From a virus (Duplodnaviria; Caudoviricetes): a DNA stretch of 44,026 bases. Positions 34,916 through 43,992 of the stretch are shown here, piece after piece. The notes beneath the pieces were generated by a model. It saw only the letters and a list, made by a program, of their open reading frames with translations, was not told the origin of the DNA and made no database searches. The DNA is taken from IMG/VR virus record IMGVR_UViG_3300037762_000224, positions 1 through 44,026 of that record. One strand, 5' to 3'. Position numbers and translations under genes: made by a program. Each line of letters starts with the position of its first letter. The stretch's first letter is position 1.

Positions 34916-35343
34916 CAGCGGAACCCCGCCGATCGGATCAGATCATTAACAGCGTCCTCGACCTGTTCGCTCACATCAGACGCGGAGCCACGGATGGTGG
35001 GGTACACGAAGTAGCCAGCCCCGCCGCCAGAACCGCGCCACGGCTGGAACTGGCGGGTCGTCTTACGGGCCCCGCCACCGAACTCGGCGCCGAAAATCGT
35101 CGGCTCCCGGCCCAACAGTTTGATCCACGCCGTGTTCTGCGTCGCACCCGCCCGCAGGCCCCGCCGGACAGCGTGCGCGGCGACCCCACCCTGGCCCTGA
35201 GCCCGTTGCCGTATCCGAGACAGGACCTCTCGGGACACGGGGAGCAATGCCTTCCGCATCTCTTTGGGGAGATTCTTCTCGACCCGGCGGGCGTCCCGGA
35301 GCAACTGTTTCAATCCGTCGACCTGGACTCGAGCGATTGTCAA
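34915..35343 (-). CDS. HK97 gp10-like tail/neck protein
   Basis: VQVDGLKQL.R...GAEFGG...YFVYPT; TTG start. Confidence 0.75.
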   Translation of the reverse strand: MTIARVQVDGLKQLLRDARRVEKNLPKEMRKALLPVSREVLSRIRQRAQGQGGVAAHAVRRGLRAGATQNTAWIKLLGREPTIFGAEFGGGARKTTRQFQPWRGSGGGAGYFVYPTIRGSASDVSEQVEDAVNDLIRSAGFR

Positions 35344-35522
35344 CTTGAGCCTTTCAGTTCGGCACCGGATTGGTTAGCGGCCCATCTAGGTAGCTGGTCG
35401 AGGTACTCCACCAGGTCGCCTTGCGGCATAACGAGAATGTCGGGCCATGTCAGCCCGTAGACTGCGGCGAGTCCTGGGAGGCTGGGGCGGAGGACCCGCC
35501 TGAGAGTTCCGGGTCCTTTCCG
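35340..35522 (-). CDS. -1 frame extension of the tail assembly chaperone (G-T fusion)
   Basis: The -1 frame reads ...LAAVYGLTWPDILVMPQGDLVEYLDQ... and its TGA overlaps the next TTG start. Confidence 0.65.
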   Translation of the reverse strand, partial: RKGPGTLRRVLRPSLPGLAAVYGLTWPDILVMPQGDLVEYLDQLPRWAANQSGAELKGSS

Positions 35523-35866
35523 TTATAGGCCGGTTCCTGTACCTCTTCGTCCACCTCGCTGCCGTCATCGATTTCGAGCGTCTCCATGTCAGAGATCTTG
35601 ACCTCGCGGAGCACCTCTTCGAAGGTGAGCTTCTTCTCGTAGCGGCGGCGGATGCACCACACGAACCCGGCGATGGTCACCGACGAGAAGTTCCCGGAGG
35701 CCATTTCTTCCATGAACGTGCGGCCGGTGCCGTTGGCCATCGAGTAGTCGCGTTCGTCCAGGGCCGAGATGTCGGCCATCGTCCACTCGTAGGGGTTGCC
35801 GTCGATGGAGACCGAGATCTGGACGGAGTCGAGCTCGCCGGAGCGTCGCTGGGCACGGTTCGGCAT
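35450..35866 (-). CDS. Tail assembly chaperone
   Basis: Position between the tail tube genes and the tape measure; acidic C-terminus; overlapping -1 ORF. Confidence 0.75.
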   Translation of the reverse strand: MPNRAQRRSGELDSVQISVSIDGNPYEWTMADISALDERDYSMANGTGRTFMEEMASGNFSSVTIAGFVWCIRRRYEKKLTFEEVLREVKISDMETLEIDDGSEVDEEVQEPAYNGKDPELSGGSSAPASQDSPQSTG

Positions 35867-36150
35867 CAGGCCACCCCCGAGTCGACAGCGATCTGCTTGC
35901 CCGCTGGCGTGATCACTGGGATCTTGCCTTCGAATTGGTTGTCGACGATGGGGATCTTGGTGACAGCGGTCGCTACATCGTTACCCGCTGCGCATCGCTT
36001 GCCCTTCTCGTCGATCACCATCAAGGTGACCTCGATGTAGTGACGTCGAACGCAGAGGGACTGGACACTCGCCGGATCGATGCCCAATACCCGGATCGCC
36101 TCGAGTATCTGGCTGTGGGTGATGGTGGGGACCGTGGGGCTGCTGAGCAT
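35866..36150 (-). CDS. Hypothetical protein
   Basis: MLSSPTVPTITHSQILEAIRVLGIDP; TGATG coupling on both sides. Confidence 0.7.
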   Translation of the reverse strand: MLSSPTVPTITHSQILEAIRVLGIDPASVQSLCVRRHYIEVTLMVIDEKGKRCAAGNDVATAVTKIPIVDNQFEGKIPVITPAGKQIAVDSGVA

Positions 36151-36629
36151 CAGGCGGCCATCACTGCCTTGAGGTTGGGCTGCGACGTCACCGGAAAACT
36201 GATCGTGAACTGGCCGACCGTGTTGCCGCCAGTCTGCGCCGGGACGGGCTCGTGCATCTGCACCGGATACACCTCGACCTTCTGCGACGCGGCGAACGCG
36301 ACCGCAGAGGCCGTGCCCCGGCGGACCACGACGAATCCGACGGTGCCGTACACGCACAGGTCCCAGAACGTGTCCGCCGTGTCGTTGCGGACGCCGGTCA
36401 TTTCGAGTGCCCCGCCGAACGACCCGACAACCTGGGCGTCGAATGTGTCGGAGAGCACGGCGACATCCACATTGTTCTGGTCCGCGGGGACGGTCAGGCC
36501 GTCCTTGGTGACGAACAGGTCGAGGCGGGTGCCGGCGGTCACTGTCGCCGCCGACGGGGTCGACACCGACAAGGTGGTGCCGGGCACCCACTGGATCCGG
36601 ATCTTTCCATCGTTGGAGTAGACAGGCAC
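36150..36629 (-). CDS. Major tail (tube) protein, copy 2
   Basis: DG.IR..WV...P...TKDGL...GF.VVRRG...QKVEVYPV, an actinophage tail tube pattern. Confidence 0.85.
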   Translation of the reverse strand: MPVYSNDGKIRIQWVPGTTLSVSTPSAATVTAGTRLDLFVTKDGLTVPADQNNVDVAVLSDTFDAQVVGSFGGALEMTGVRNDTADTFWDLCVYGTVGFVVVRRGTASAVAFAASQKVEVYPVQMHEPVPAQTGGNTVGQFTISFPVTSQPNLKAVMAA

Positions 36630-37114
36630 TAGACCACCGTCGCTTTCAGGTTGGGCTGGCTGGTCACCGGCGCCGAGATCGTGAACTGGCCCACCGTGTT
36701 ACCGCCCGTCTGCGCCGGCACCGGCTCATGGAGCTGCACCGGATAGACCTCGACGTCCTGGGCGGCCGCATACGTGGTCGCGGTGGGGAGCCCACGGCGG
36801 ACGACAATGAACCCGACGGTCCCGTAGATGCACAGGTCCCAGAACGTGTCAGTGGTGTCGTTCCGGACACCGGTCATCTCGATGGCGCCACCGAAACTGC
36901 CGACAACCTGGGCGTCGAACGTGTCCGACAGGACCGCCACATCCACGTTGTTCTGATCAGCAGGGACGGTGAGCCCGTCCTTGGTGATGAACCCGGAGAT
37001 CATGTTCGACGCCGGCGGCGCCGCGTTCAACTGCACGGCAGTCGGGCTGGTAATGCTCGAGAGGGTGGTGACGAAGTTGACCCGGATCCGGCCGTCATTG
37101 GCGTAGACAGGCAT
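36629..37114 (-). CDS. Major tail (tube) protein, copy 1
   Basis: MPVYANDGRIRV...; close paralog of 36150-36629; AAGGA RBS. Confidence 0.85.
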   Translation of the reverse strand: MPVYANDGRIRVNFVTTLSSITSPTAVQLNAAPPASNMISGFITKDGLTVPADQNNVDVAVLSDTFDAQVVGSFGGAIEMTGVRNDTTDTFWDLCIYGTVGFIVVRRGLPTATTYAAAQDVEVYPVQLHEPVPAQTGGNTVGQFTISAPVTSQPNLKATVV

Positions 37115-37293
37115 CAGTCCTTCTTCACTTCGCTCGCGGGCTTGGCCTTGGCCTTCCGCTTCCAACCGGACTGCTCGTACACCGCGACCTGCGCCAGCTT
37201 CGACGGCCAGAACGGGTCGTCTTCGCCGGCCTGGACGAACTCGAGGTCCTCGTCGAAGTCGGGGTGTTCGAGCGTGATCTTTTCGTCTGCCAT
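37114..37293 (-). CDS. Small hypothetical protein (59 aa, not in ORF track)
   Basis: MADEKITLEHPDF...VAVYEQSGWKRK; GGAGG RBS. Confidence 0.7.
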   Translation of the reverse strand: MADEKITLEHPDFDEDLEFVQAGEDDPFWPSKLAQVAVYEQSGWKRKAKAKPASEVKKD

Positions 37294-37306
37294 GTTGCCT
37301 CCAGGT

Positions 37307-37711
37307 TTAGCCGATCAACGTTCTCACACTGACCGATGCCACATAATATTTGGTGCCGCCAAGCTCCTGTTGACTGAACGGCCGCGCCGACAAGCTGACA
37401 ACATCCACGTTCAACCCGCCCAATGTCCGGTCGGCTTCGATAGCGGCGAAGACCGACCAAGCACCCGACCGCTCCAACAGGGGGAACAGCTGCAGTTGCT
37501 GTTCGGGGACACCGGTCGACACGGCGAGGGCGATTTCCCAGGCGGCGTCCATCACCGTCTCGGGATCGGACCGATAGTCGTTGACAGTCGGGGCGCCGAT
37601 GAACGCTGCCGGCGGCTCGATGGTCGGAGGCACCAGGGGATAAACATTCAGCCCGGCGACGGTGTTGAGCCGGGCTGCGAGGCCGAGACGGACTTGGTCG
37701 AGGGTGGTCAT
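37307..37711 (-). CDS. Tail completion / terminator protein
   Basis: VR.GLAARL..V.GL...PPAA...AIEADRTLGG. Confidence 0.75.
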   Translation of the reverse strand: MTTLDQVRLGLAARLNTVAGLNVYPLVPPTIEPPAAFIGAPTVNDYRSDPETVMDAAWEIALAVSTGVPEQQLQLFPLLERSGAWSVFAAIEADRTLGGLNVDVVSLSARPFSQQELGGTKYYVASVSVRTLIG

Positions 37712-38322
37712 GCGACCCCGAATTCGACCTTCTGGTACGGCAGCAGATAGCGGGCCGCATCCGGGTCAGCACGAGACGAGATACGGATCACTCCCCACTC
37801 GTCGGACCCCTCGAATCCCTGCGGTGACCCTCGACGCTTGATTGTCGCGTGCACGAGAATCAGCGCCGCCTGATAGACGCCCCAGGGGATAGCTGGCCAT
37901 CCCCATGTTCCCGTCACTTGCACCAGCCCCAACCGGCTGACGGGACGTGGGAACCGCAGAGCGCCAGCCGCCCATAGACCCGTGAACGGCTCTGGTTCAG
38001 GTGCATCAGCCGGGTTCAACGGCAACAACTGGAAATCGGTGGCAGCCCAGACGGTCTCGAATACGCCGTCGTTGTCCGTGTCCGTGGCCACCTGGGTGAT
38101 GGCCACGGCGTCGCCGATTTCCAGCTGTCGGCCGTTGCAACTATCGAACACCCGGTTGGTTCCCGGGAACGTCCGCCAGAACTGCCGTTTCGTGAAGTTG
38201 TCGATGCCACGCGACACTGCATCGATGGCGCGATCGATGATCACGTCAGGGATCTCATCGATGATGCCGGCCCAGGTTTTGAACTCCTGGACAGTGCAGT
38301 AGCCGTTCGTGGCCACCGGCAA
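37708..38322 (-). CDS. Head-to-tail adaptor
   Basis: NGYCTV.EFK...A.SR.ID.F..RQF...VQVTG.WGWPAIP..V.QA...DPD...LL.PY. Confidence 0.85.
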   Translation of the reverse strand: MPVATNGYCTVQEFKTWAGIIDEIPDVIIDRAIDAVSRGIDNFTKRQFWRTFPGTNRVFDSCNGRQLEIGDAVAITQVATDTDNDGVFETVWAATDFQLLPLNPADAPEPEPFTGLWAAGALRFPRPVSRLGLVQVTGTWGWPAIPWGVYQAALILVHATIKRRGSPQGFEGSDEWGVIRISSRADPDAARYLLPYQKVEFGVA

Positions 38323-38622
38323 CTACTTCTGTCGGAGCAGCGTCGCCGTACCGTCAACCACAGTGGCACCCACAGCTGGCGCCGTCGGCGGCGCCGCCGC
38401 CGTAGTGCCAGCCACAGTGACGACAAACTTCTCGCCACCGGTGAACTGCAGCTCCTGACCCAACGTGACCGCGGTCGTGTTAGCCCGCAGAACCCGTCGC
38501 AACGCCCTGCCAACGTGATCCACGGTCGACGTGGTCACCCGACCGATGTAGTCCAACGCGTTGACGGTCGGGGCCACCAGGTCACGGCCGAGGTAGTCCT
38601 CGCGAAACGTTGTCGTTGCCAT
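38323..38622 (-). CDS. Putative capsid decoration / virion protein
   Basis: DYLGR repeats, then TVAGTTAAAPPTAP.VG.TVVDGTA. Confidence 0.6.
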   Translation of the reverse strand: MATTTFREDYLGRDLVAPTVNALDYIGRVTTSTVDHVGRALRRVLRANTTAVTLGQELQFTGGEKFVVTVAGTTAAAPPTAPAVGATVVDGTATLLRQK

Positions 38623-38624
38623 GG

Positions 38625-38963
38625 CTACTCCTCAACCGCGGCGATGATCTCGTCGCGGGTCATGTCGTCGGTCACCTCGACACCCTGGGATTCGGCGTAT
38701 GCCGCCCAGACGTCCCGGCCGGAACCCGCACCGGCCCGCGGCGGAGCCTGATCCTCCGGCTCGGGCTCCGGTTCGGGCTCGGGCTCGGCTTCCGGCTCAA
38801 GCTCCTCGGCCTCAGACTCGTCGGCCTCGAGGTCGACGCCGTGTTCGGCGGCAACCTCGGCGTAATGGGCCTTGAGGTCGGCGTCGTCGCAGTCCGCGTA
38901 CATCTCGGCGAGAACGGCCCGGTCGATCGACCCGGCCACCCGCCCGTACTTGTCGACGATCAC
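38625..38963 (-). CDS. Hypothetical protein with EP linker and C-terminal helix-extended-helix-like domain
   Basis: GTG at 38963 coupled to the capsid stop; GSGRDVWAAYA...TRDEIIA. Confidence 0.7.
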   Translation of the reverse strand: MIVDKYGRVAGSIDRAVLAEMYADCDDADLKAHYAEVAAEHGVDLEADESEAEELEPEAEPEPEPEPEPEDQAPPRAGAGSGRDVWAAYAESQGVEVTDDMTRDEIIAAVEE

Positions 38964-40213
38964 GCCAAGTTCACGATCTCTTGGACGCCGCCGGCCTCGA
39001 CTGTCATCGGCGTGAAGTAGCCCGCGTAGGCGACCTGCACACCGAGCACCGAAGGCTCCGTGGCAGACAAGGCGCCCACCCGCTGCTCGTACACCTCGAC
39101 CGCTGCCGTAGACAGGACGGTCCCGAACGTGGTCGCCGGTGCAGAGACGAGCCCCGAGGACACGTACACCGGGACACCGGAAACGTTGCCGATCAGTCCT
39201 TGGGCGAAGTCGGCGGCGGAGAACCCGGCCGACTGGGCGTTCTGCGGGTTCACCGGAGCGAACAGGCTGCCCCAGGCCCCCAGCTTGGCCGGCTGCACGG
39301 CGAGGATGACCCGGCCCTGCCCCTTGGTGGCGTTGTAGATGTTGCCCACCGCGGTCCACAACGCCGCCACCAGCTCCGCCGCGGTGGGAACGCCACCGGA
39401 AGCAGTGGTGAGCTCGACCGCGTTCGTACCAGCGATCAGCGCCACACCCAACGCCGCCTCGGTCTGAACCGCGTACTGGGCGGCGAGATCGTTGACGATC
39501 GCGTCCATCATCTGCGGCGACGAGAAGTCGATGTTCTGCCGCGACACGTTCACGTAGCCGCCATAGGTGACCGCGTTCCCGGTGAGCCGGGTGATGGTCA
39601 TCTTCTGGCTGGACAGCTCCGCCTTTTCGTCCGAAGCCCCGCCAGCTGAACCCTGCACCCCGACGAGAGTGCGGGCGGTCACCTTCGGCCGGTACCACGT
39701 CGCCGACGGCATATCCCGGGGCCCGAGCGCGTTAACCAGCGGCCGGGCCGCATCGATGAAGTTGAGCACCTCACCGATGATCGGGTCGGGGATGACACCC
39801 AGGTTGTCCGACGTCTTCTGGTGCGCGGCGGCACGGGTGTACACCTCGAGGCGTTCCCGCGCCGACTGGCTGCCGGTCTGCGCTGCGACGTAGTCGCACA
39901 GGTAAGCGCCGGTGGACCGGTACTCGACCGGGCCGGCATCGACCTGGTTACGCAACCGGTCGATCTCCAGGTGCACATCCTTGGCACGCTGACGGGCCGC
40001 AGTCGTACGGGACCGGGCCTCGTACAGATGGTTGAGCTGCTCCTCACAGGCCTCGATCCGGCCCCGGGCGTTGCCCGTCAGTTCCTTCTCGTTGTCAGTG
40101 AGGTCACGATCGGTGTCCTGGGCGCCACCGATGACACCCTCAATGAACGACGACCGCTCCTCGATCTCCTTCTCCAGACGCTCAATCATCGCGTCCGTAT
40201 GAGTCCCAGCCAT
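38960..40213 (-). CDS. Major capsid protein (HK97 fold with N-terminal delta domain)
   Basis: Coiled-coil N-terminus; EKAEL.S; TYGGYVNVSRQ.ID; DLAAQYA..TE. Confidence 0.92.
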   Translation of the reverse strand: MAGTHTDAMIERLEKEIEERSSFIEGVIGGAQDTDRDLTDNEKELTGNARGRIEACEEQLNHLYEARSRTTAARQRAKDVHLEIDRLRNQVDAGPVEYRSTGAYLCDYVAAQTGSQSARERLEVYTRAAAHQKTSDNLGVIPDPIIGEVLNFIDAARPLVNALGPRDMPSATWYRPKVTARTLVGVQGSAGGASDEKAELSSQKMTITRLTGNAVTYGGYVNVSRQNIDFSSPQMMDAIVNDLAAQYAVQTEAALGVALIAGTNAVELTTASGGVPTAAELVAALWTAVGNIYNATKGQGRVILAVQPAKLGAWGSLFAPVNPQNAQSAGFSAADFAQGLIGNVSGVPVYVSSGLVSAPATTFGTVLSTAAVEVYEQRVGALSATEPSVLGVQVAYAGYFTPMTVEAGGVQEIVNLA

Positions 40214-40250
40214 GGGAAGGCTCGCTTTCTGCTGAGTGGCAACATTTCCG

Positions 40251-40315
40251 TGGCCCTCTCGGCCAACGACGCACCTACGTGCGGCTTAGGAAATGGCCCT
40301 CTCGGCCAGCGACGC
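40251..40315 (-). repeat. Two 22-bp direct repeats, each a hairpin, upstream of the capsid gene
   Basis: TGGCCCTCTCGGCCA[A/G]CGACGC at 40251-40272 and 40294-40315. Confidence 0.75.
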
Positions 40316-40332
40316 GGCTTCCCACGTATTTG

Positions 40333-41085
40333 TCAGCCCTTGCGGCTGTCCAAGAACGCTATCAGTTCATCCATGACCGGGGTATCTAGACGAGGCCGGT
40401 CGTCCACACCGTTCCCGTCACGAACCGCGAGCACCCTGGCACCCACATAGGCGGGGGACTCAACGAACGACATGTGGTCGATGAACGCCTTACGGATCCG
40501 GCGAACCATGGATGACTTGTCGAGCAATTGGTCGCGGCCCCGGACCGCGAACCCAACCGACGCCGACAACATGTCCTCATTCGCGAGCGCCAACGTCTCA
40601 TCGCCCCGGACGGTGGGTGCGACCCGCACCTCGGAAACCAATCCCTCGGTTCGTTCGGGCCACCAGCGGACCACTTTCCCGACAGTCATGGTCTTGTCGT
40701 GGTTGCGGTTCACTCGGATCTGGTCCTGCCGAGTTTCGATCCCGTCGAACGAACCACGAACGAACATCTCTTGCCAGATCTCGCCGCGGTACTCGACCAT
40801 CGTGGGTTCCTCATAGGGAACGGCGACAACCTCAATGATCCGCTTGTCGAAGTTGACACCAGCCACGCTCGCGTCCCGGAACTCGACTGGCGCGTTTGGC
40901 AGCTCATCAGCGGCCCGGTTGCCGGTGCCAGGGAACTCGCCCATCGCAGCAGCCTGGGCCATCGCCTTCTTGCGGGCCGCCATCTCCGACTCTTCATCGC
41001 CAGACGTGTACGTGTAGCACTTGCCGGAATCACCCCACTTCCAGCCGGGCTTGTCGTCGTCTTGGCAACGGACCAAAGGCATCAT
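40333..41085 (-). CDS. HK97-family prohead protease with N-terminal extension
   Basis: AVPY...E.F.RGSF...NH...VG...GL...RGDE.L...SVGF...HMSFV..PAY.GA.V..VR. Confidence 0.9.
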   Translation of the reverse strand: MMPLVRCQDDDKPGWKWGDSGKCYTYTSGDEESEMAARKKAMAQAAAMGEFPGTGNRAADELPNAPVEFRDASVAGVNFDKRIIEVVAVPYEEPTMVEYRGEIWQEMFVRGSFDGIETRQDQIRVNRNHDKTMTVGKVVRWWPERTEGLVSEVRVAPTVRGDETLALANEDMLSASVGFAVRGRDQLLDKSSMVRRIRKAFIDHMSFVESPAYVGARVLAVRDGNGVDDRPRLDTPVMDELIAFLDSRKG

Positions 41086-41095
41086 CGAACCCCGT

Positions 41096-42352
41096 TCACG
41101 AGAGGTCACCGCCGGTCAACGCTACTGCAGCCGATTCGTCATCCAGGCTGTCCACCGTCGGCGCGTCCCCAGCGAACCGTTCGGCGGCACGCACCTCGTC
41201 GGCGTCCACGATCCCCGCGTCCTTGAGTTTCACCCACGCGTCGGCACGCTCATTGAACGCCGGCCGGGTGTACTCGTCACGGTTCAACTCGACCGACTGG
41301 CCTCGAGGCAACGCCCAGAACGACAGGGCCGCCATCACATCCGCTGCCTTCGGCCGCAACGACGCCCGATCATGGAAATCAAACAGCGAGGTGATGTTGC
41401 TGTACGTCAACGAATCCCCCGAGGGGAGGCCGACCAGCGGCCCCGGGACTCCCAACAGCTCGGCGATCCGTGCCTCGGTGAACTGGGAGAGCTCCAACAT
41501 CGTCATGTCCTTCGGCGACATCGACTCATGGGTCTTCAACGTCACCCCATTATCGAGCACCGGTGGCGCACCGAGACTGCGCTGACGGGCTGCCACCCAC
41601 TCGCTTTGAAGTTGCAAAGCTTCCGCAGGTGAAAGATCCGCGTCAGCCTCCAACGTGTACTGCGGGATCCCGCCGGTCGACGCCACCTCACGCGCATACT
41701 TGGTCAACACCCCGGCCGTGATCACCCGGGCACCAGCCGATTCGAGCGGACCGACACCTCGGGCCCCATCGGTCGTCGACCGATATCGGATGTGCAGGAT
41801 CTCGTCGGTCACGTCCAACGCCCCGATGTTGTAGGCCCGCCGGCCACCCCGCATCTCGCTGTTCACCAGCCACGGCGGCAGCACCCGGAACGACAACGGG
41901 TAACCATCCGCCCCCCGCGCCATCGGCAGGACGAACGCCTCACCCAACTGGTAGTCCCAGAACAGCTGCTTGGCGAACTCGTGCCACGACGTATAGATCA
42001 TCGGATCCGGATTCGTCATCCACGTCGTCGGCTCGAGCATCTCGCCGGCCCGGATCCGATACACGGGCATCGTGGCTAGCACCGACGCGTTCTTGTCCAG
42101 GCACATCCACGCCACATCGATCAACGTGTTGAACTGCGAAGTCATGTTGAACTGGGGGGTGGACCACTCCTCCGGCCATCCGGACCACGGCGACGGCATC
42201 ACCACCGGGAACGAACGCAACTCCACCGGCTCAGGCGTCTCGACCGTCACACCCTCCGGATCGCCCGGCGACCAAGCAGACGGCCCGTTGCTGTTCGGGA
42301 CGACACCGGCATGGTTCGGGCCATCACCGAACAGACGACTCCAAAACGCCAT
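41096..42352 (-). CDS. Portal protein (HK97 family)
   Basis: NP.P...GEAF...EILHIR...GVGPLE...IAELLGVP..LVG...YSN. Confidence 0.93.
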   Translation of the reverse strand: MAFWSRLFGDGPNHAGVVPNSNGPSAWSPGDPEGVTVETPEPVELRSFPVVMPSPWSGWPEEWSTPQFNMTSQFNTLIDVAWMCLDKNASVLATMPVYRIRAGEMLEPTTWMTNPDPMIYTSWHEFAKQLFWDYQLGEAFVLPMARGADGYPLSFRVLPPWLVNSEMRGGRRAYNIGALDVTDEILHIRYRSTTDGARGVGPLESAGARVITAGVLTKYAREVASTGGIPQYTLEADADLSPAEALQLQSEWVAARQRSLGAPPVLDNGVTLKTHESMSPKDMTMLELSQFTEARIAELLGVPGPLVGLPSGDSLTYSNITSLFDFHDRASLRPKAADVMAALSFWALPRGQSVELNRDEYTRPAFNERADAWVKLKDAGIVDADEVRAAERFAGDAPTVDSLDDESAAVALTGGDLS

Positions 42353-42359
42353 CAGACCC

Positions 42360-43787
42360 TCACCAGATCTTCGGGCGGCGCTGACGCTTCTGCGCCACCC
42401 AATGCGCCAACGTCACCGCCACCAACGGCGAAATATCTACGGACGACGAACGCCGCGACCACAACCACGCATCCCCGTAGAAACGGCGATCAGCCCCAGC
42501 GACCGCAGCATCCAACTCATCCTGACCAACATGCCGCAACCTCGATTCGACAACAGCATCGTACAGATCCCCACACGCCTGCGAATGCTCCTCAGTCGAA
42601 ACGACCAACAGATCGACCTTCGCAGCCTCCAAATCCTCCTTCAACGACCACGCCGGCGACCCCTTCGCCACCGCCACCTTCCCGCCCCACCGCCCCTGCA
42701 ACTCGACCGCCCGGCCAACAACCCAGCCAGTACCCGGCCGATGGTCATACACCTCATCGTTACCAGTGATCTCAACATGGACACCCCCACGATCCGACTC
42801 GGCGGCCATCACAATCGTCGACCACGCCCGGTCCGGCGAAACGTCCAACGCGAAACACAACGGGCCCGTGGGCTTCGATTCCTCGTCCTGACAGGCCGCC
42901 CATACCTCCGCAGGGATGATCCGAGGGTTCCGGTCCTCTTCCGTCCAGATACCGAGACGTTCCCGAGCGAAATCGCCAGGATCCAACGAACCCCGCTCGG
43001 CGTCGATCACATCCAAGTTCAACCGGATACCCAAACCCGGGTTCGCGGCAGCCAAAGCGTCCGGATCATCGATCGCGGAATCGGTCGGGGCGCACCATTC
43101 CAGATACGCCAGTCTCGGTGAACCCGCCCGGCCCTTCTTGCAAACCCGCCGCAATACATCAGATTCCGGGGTCGGCAATGGCGCCGACGACGTGTACCAC
43201 ATCTGCGGGTTCGGACGGGCAGACATCGTCGGCAACGCCGCCGCCAACGCCTCCGCCGGCAAGTTGTACGCCTCATCCAGAATGACGGTGTCGCCCGAGA
43301 ACCCCCGGCCGGCGCCACGGCTACGGGCCATGAACCGGATCCGCTGCCCCGACCGGAGCTCAATGCCCTCCTGGCCCGACGCCGTCCGGATGATCTTCAC
43401 CTTCCGTTCGAAATCCCGGTTGTCCTCAATCAGACGCCGCAACCGCCGGAACCCCTCCACCGCCGTCTTGAACTCGTGCGCCGACCACGTGATCAGATCC
43501 TCACCGAACAGAAACAGCCCGGCCAACGCCCGCGCCTCGAGCACCGTGCCCTTCCCGTTCTGGCGGGGAACAACCAGGGCAACCTCGAACGACGCCCACG
43601 TCCGGGCATCAAGACGAAGACCCAGAGCGTCCCTTAACGCCAGCTCCTCCCACGGATCCAGCACCAGCCCCGCCACCCGGGCGAGATCGATTGCCTCGTC
43701 GGCTGCCGTCTGCCGATACTGCGGCACGTTCCGATACGTCGGAACCTGAGAGCCGATCAGCTCGGCGACGGGCGATCTCATCGACAC
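42360..43787 (-). CDS. terL: Terminase large subunit
   Basis: VPRQNGKG Walker A, GRGFSGD.VILDEA Walker B, ANPGLG, F.RERLG.W, DISPL.A. Confidence 0.95.
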   Translation of the reverse strand: MSMRSPVAELIGSQVPTYRNVPQYRQTAADEAIDLARVAGLVLDPWEELALRDALGLRLDARTWASFEVALVVPRQNGKGTVLEARALAGLFLFGEDLITWSAHEFKTAVEGFRRLRRLIEDNRDFERKVKIIRTASGQEGIELRSGQRIRFMARSRGAGRGFSGDTVILDEAYNLPAEALAAALPTMSARPNPQMWYTSSAPLPTPESDVLRRVCKKGRAGSPRLAYLEWCAPTDSAIDDPDALAAANPGLGIRLNLDVIDAERGSLDPGDFARERLGIWTEEDRNPRIIPAEVWAACQDEESKPTGPLCFALDVSPDRAWSTIVMAAESDRGGVHVEITGNDEVYDHRPGTGWVVGRAVELQGRWGGKVAVAKGSPAWSLKEDLEAAKVDLLVVSTEEHSQACGDLYDAVVESRLRHVGQDELDAAVAGADRRFYGDAWLWSRRSSSVDISPLVAVTLAHWVAQKRQRRPKIW

Positions 43788-43992
43788 TCGACACCTCCTC
43801 CTGACCAGCCAACGAATCCAACCGCTCCAGCACGTCTACCAGCTGCTTCGCCAAACCGGCAGTCGGCGACGACATAGACCCGCCGCAGTCCTTGCACACC
43901 GCGCCCCGCTCGAGCTCCGCCGCCAACAGGTCCCGCGTCGCCTCCAACGACGCCCGCAGGTCCCCAGCCGCCACAACCGCTGTCAGCGCCAT
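43609..43992 (-). CDS. terS: Terminase small subunit
   Basis: GDLRASLEA.RD.LA..L...A.LAKQL..V...D..SSVDEIARRR, an actinophage TerS pattern; precedes terL. Confidence 0.8.
   Translation of the reverse strand: MALTAVVAAGDLRASLEATRDLLAAELERGAVCKDCGGSMSSPTAGLAKQLVDVLERLDSLAGQEEVSSVDEIARRRADRLSGSDVSERAAVSADGSRRGNRSRPGGGAGAGSVGGAGVKGRSGSSS

Noticed and set aside
20966-37114. Diversity-generating retroelement or invertible fibre cassette behind the duplicated tail genes
   Set aside because: No reverse transcriptase, no adenine-specific template/variable repeat pair, and no inverted cassette seen.
38964-39698. N-terminal part of the 357-aa ORF 38625-39698
   Set aside because: Arg/Gly-rich off-frame overlap with the capsid gene; the real start is the coupled GTG at 38963.
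1337-43749. Many long plus-strand and alternate-frame ORFs (e.g. 3941-5158, 22601-24067, 27215-28417, 42072-43121)
   Set aside because: Antisense or shadow frames expected from high-GC codon bias over clearly real minus-strand genes.
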